DNA from: a virus
Taxonomy: Duplodnaviria > Heunggongvirae > Uroviricota > Caudoviricetes
Virus record (IMG/VR): IMGVR_UViG_2585427710_000003
Coordinates: 1 to 5,827 of that record
Direction: 5' to 3' (one strand)
Length of the DNA stretch: 5,827 bases
Below are positions 5,455-5,827 of this stretch, one piece after another. The notes under the pieces were generated by a model, which worked only from the letters and a program-made list of their open reading frames with translations, ran no database searches and was not told the DNA's origin. Position numbers and translations under genes: made by a program. How positions within the stretch are numbered: position 1 is the first letter of the stretch; each line of letters starts with the position of its first letter.

Positions 5455-5652
5455 ATGCTGAAACAGCGGGATATGACAGAAACCGCCAGAGCAGTTTTTA
5501 ATGAATTAAGTGCCACCGAACCGGCGACAGTCGGGGAGATTGCACAGAATACGTACCTTTCACGCGAACGCTGCCAGCTAATACTGACCCAGCTTGTTAT
5601 GGCGGGTCTGGCAGACTATCAGTTTGGTTGTTACAGACGCCTTCAGTCCTGA
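5455..5652 (+). CDS. Small winged-helix protein (65 aa), PapI/FaeA-like putative regulator; cargo gene downstream of the late terminator
   Basis: ATG 5455 has AAGGGA at 5442-5447. The track ORF starts at ATG 5332, directly abutting the terminator T-tract with no SD, so the internal start is preferred. The translation ...TVGEIAQNTYLSRERCQLILTQLVMAGLA... looks like a recognition helix followed by a wing. Confidence 0.5.
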   Translation: MLKQRDMTETARAVFNELSATEPATVGEIAQNTYLSRERCQLILTQLVMAGLADYQFGCYRRLQS

Positions 5653-5667
5653 AGGCTTTTTTATTTG
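5639..5667 (+). terminator. Rho-independent terminator overlapping the stop of the small wHTH gene
   Basis: GCCTTCA (5639-5645) pairs with TGAAGGC (5650-5656) around a GTCC loop, followed by TTTTTTATTT (5657-5666). The stop codon TGA 5650-5652 is inside the stem. Confidence 0.7.
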
Positions 5668-5827
5668 TGGTAAATGGGCGGCTGGTGGGGGTTAGGGGCA
5701 CTCACCAGCCATCTGCTCATGCGTTGGGGTCACAAGCAAACCTCAGGCCCATCTGCTTTGCGCAAAAGCGGTATGAGCCTATCAGAGACAGGCTTAATGA
5801 TCCATGTTTAATACTGTAAAAATATCC

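Noticed and set aside
5670-5760. Possible tRNA gene, since lambdoid phages often carry tRNAs downstream of Q
   Set aside because: There is no T-arm GTTCRA-like motif and no cloverleaf-compatible arrangement. It is reported instead as a structured non-coding region.
5628-5819. 63-aa + ORF running through the terminator
   Set aside because: It starts inside the preceding gene, spans an intrinsic terminator and ends near the window edge; no support.
1-5827. CRISPR arrays, IS elements or integrase/att sites
   Set aside because: No regularly spaced direct repeats, no terminal inverted repeats flanking a transposase-like ORF, and no recombinase-like translation were seen.

Overview
This window reads as the late-early ('nin-like') region of an enterobacterial lambdoid prophage, ending at the Q antiterminator and late-operon leader. 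Apart from one antisense RNA, all credible genes are on the + strand and most are joined by overlapping stop/start codons (ATGA, GTGA, ATGGCTGA). In order: a 5'-truncated phage protein with a winged-helix-like segment; a small HTH-like protein; a DUF4406-like protein; an AT-rich insertion carrying two very acidic small proteins (candidate DNA mimics or anti-defence); a 171-aa hypothetical protein and a 27-aa hydrophobic micro-ORF; a complete hok/mok/sok-type type I toxin-antitoxin locus; a 90-aa hypothetical protein; a DUF968-like protein with an HNH-like Cys/His motif; RusA resolvase; a Q-like antiterminator; a short late-leader terminator; and a small PapI/FaeA-like winged-helix gene where lysis or toxin cargo would normally sit. 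All family assignments are from reading the translations and from recall; no database search was run. The features I would look at first are the acidic gene pair, the intact hok locus and the cargo gene downstream of Q.
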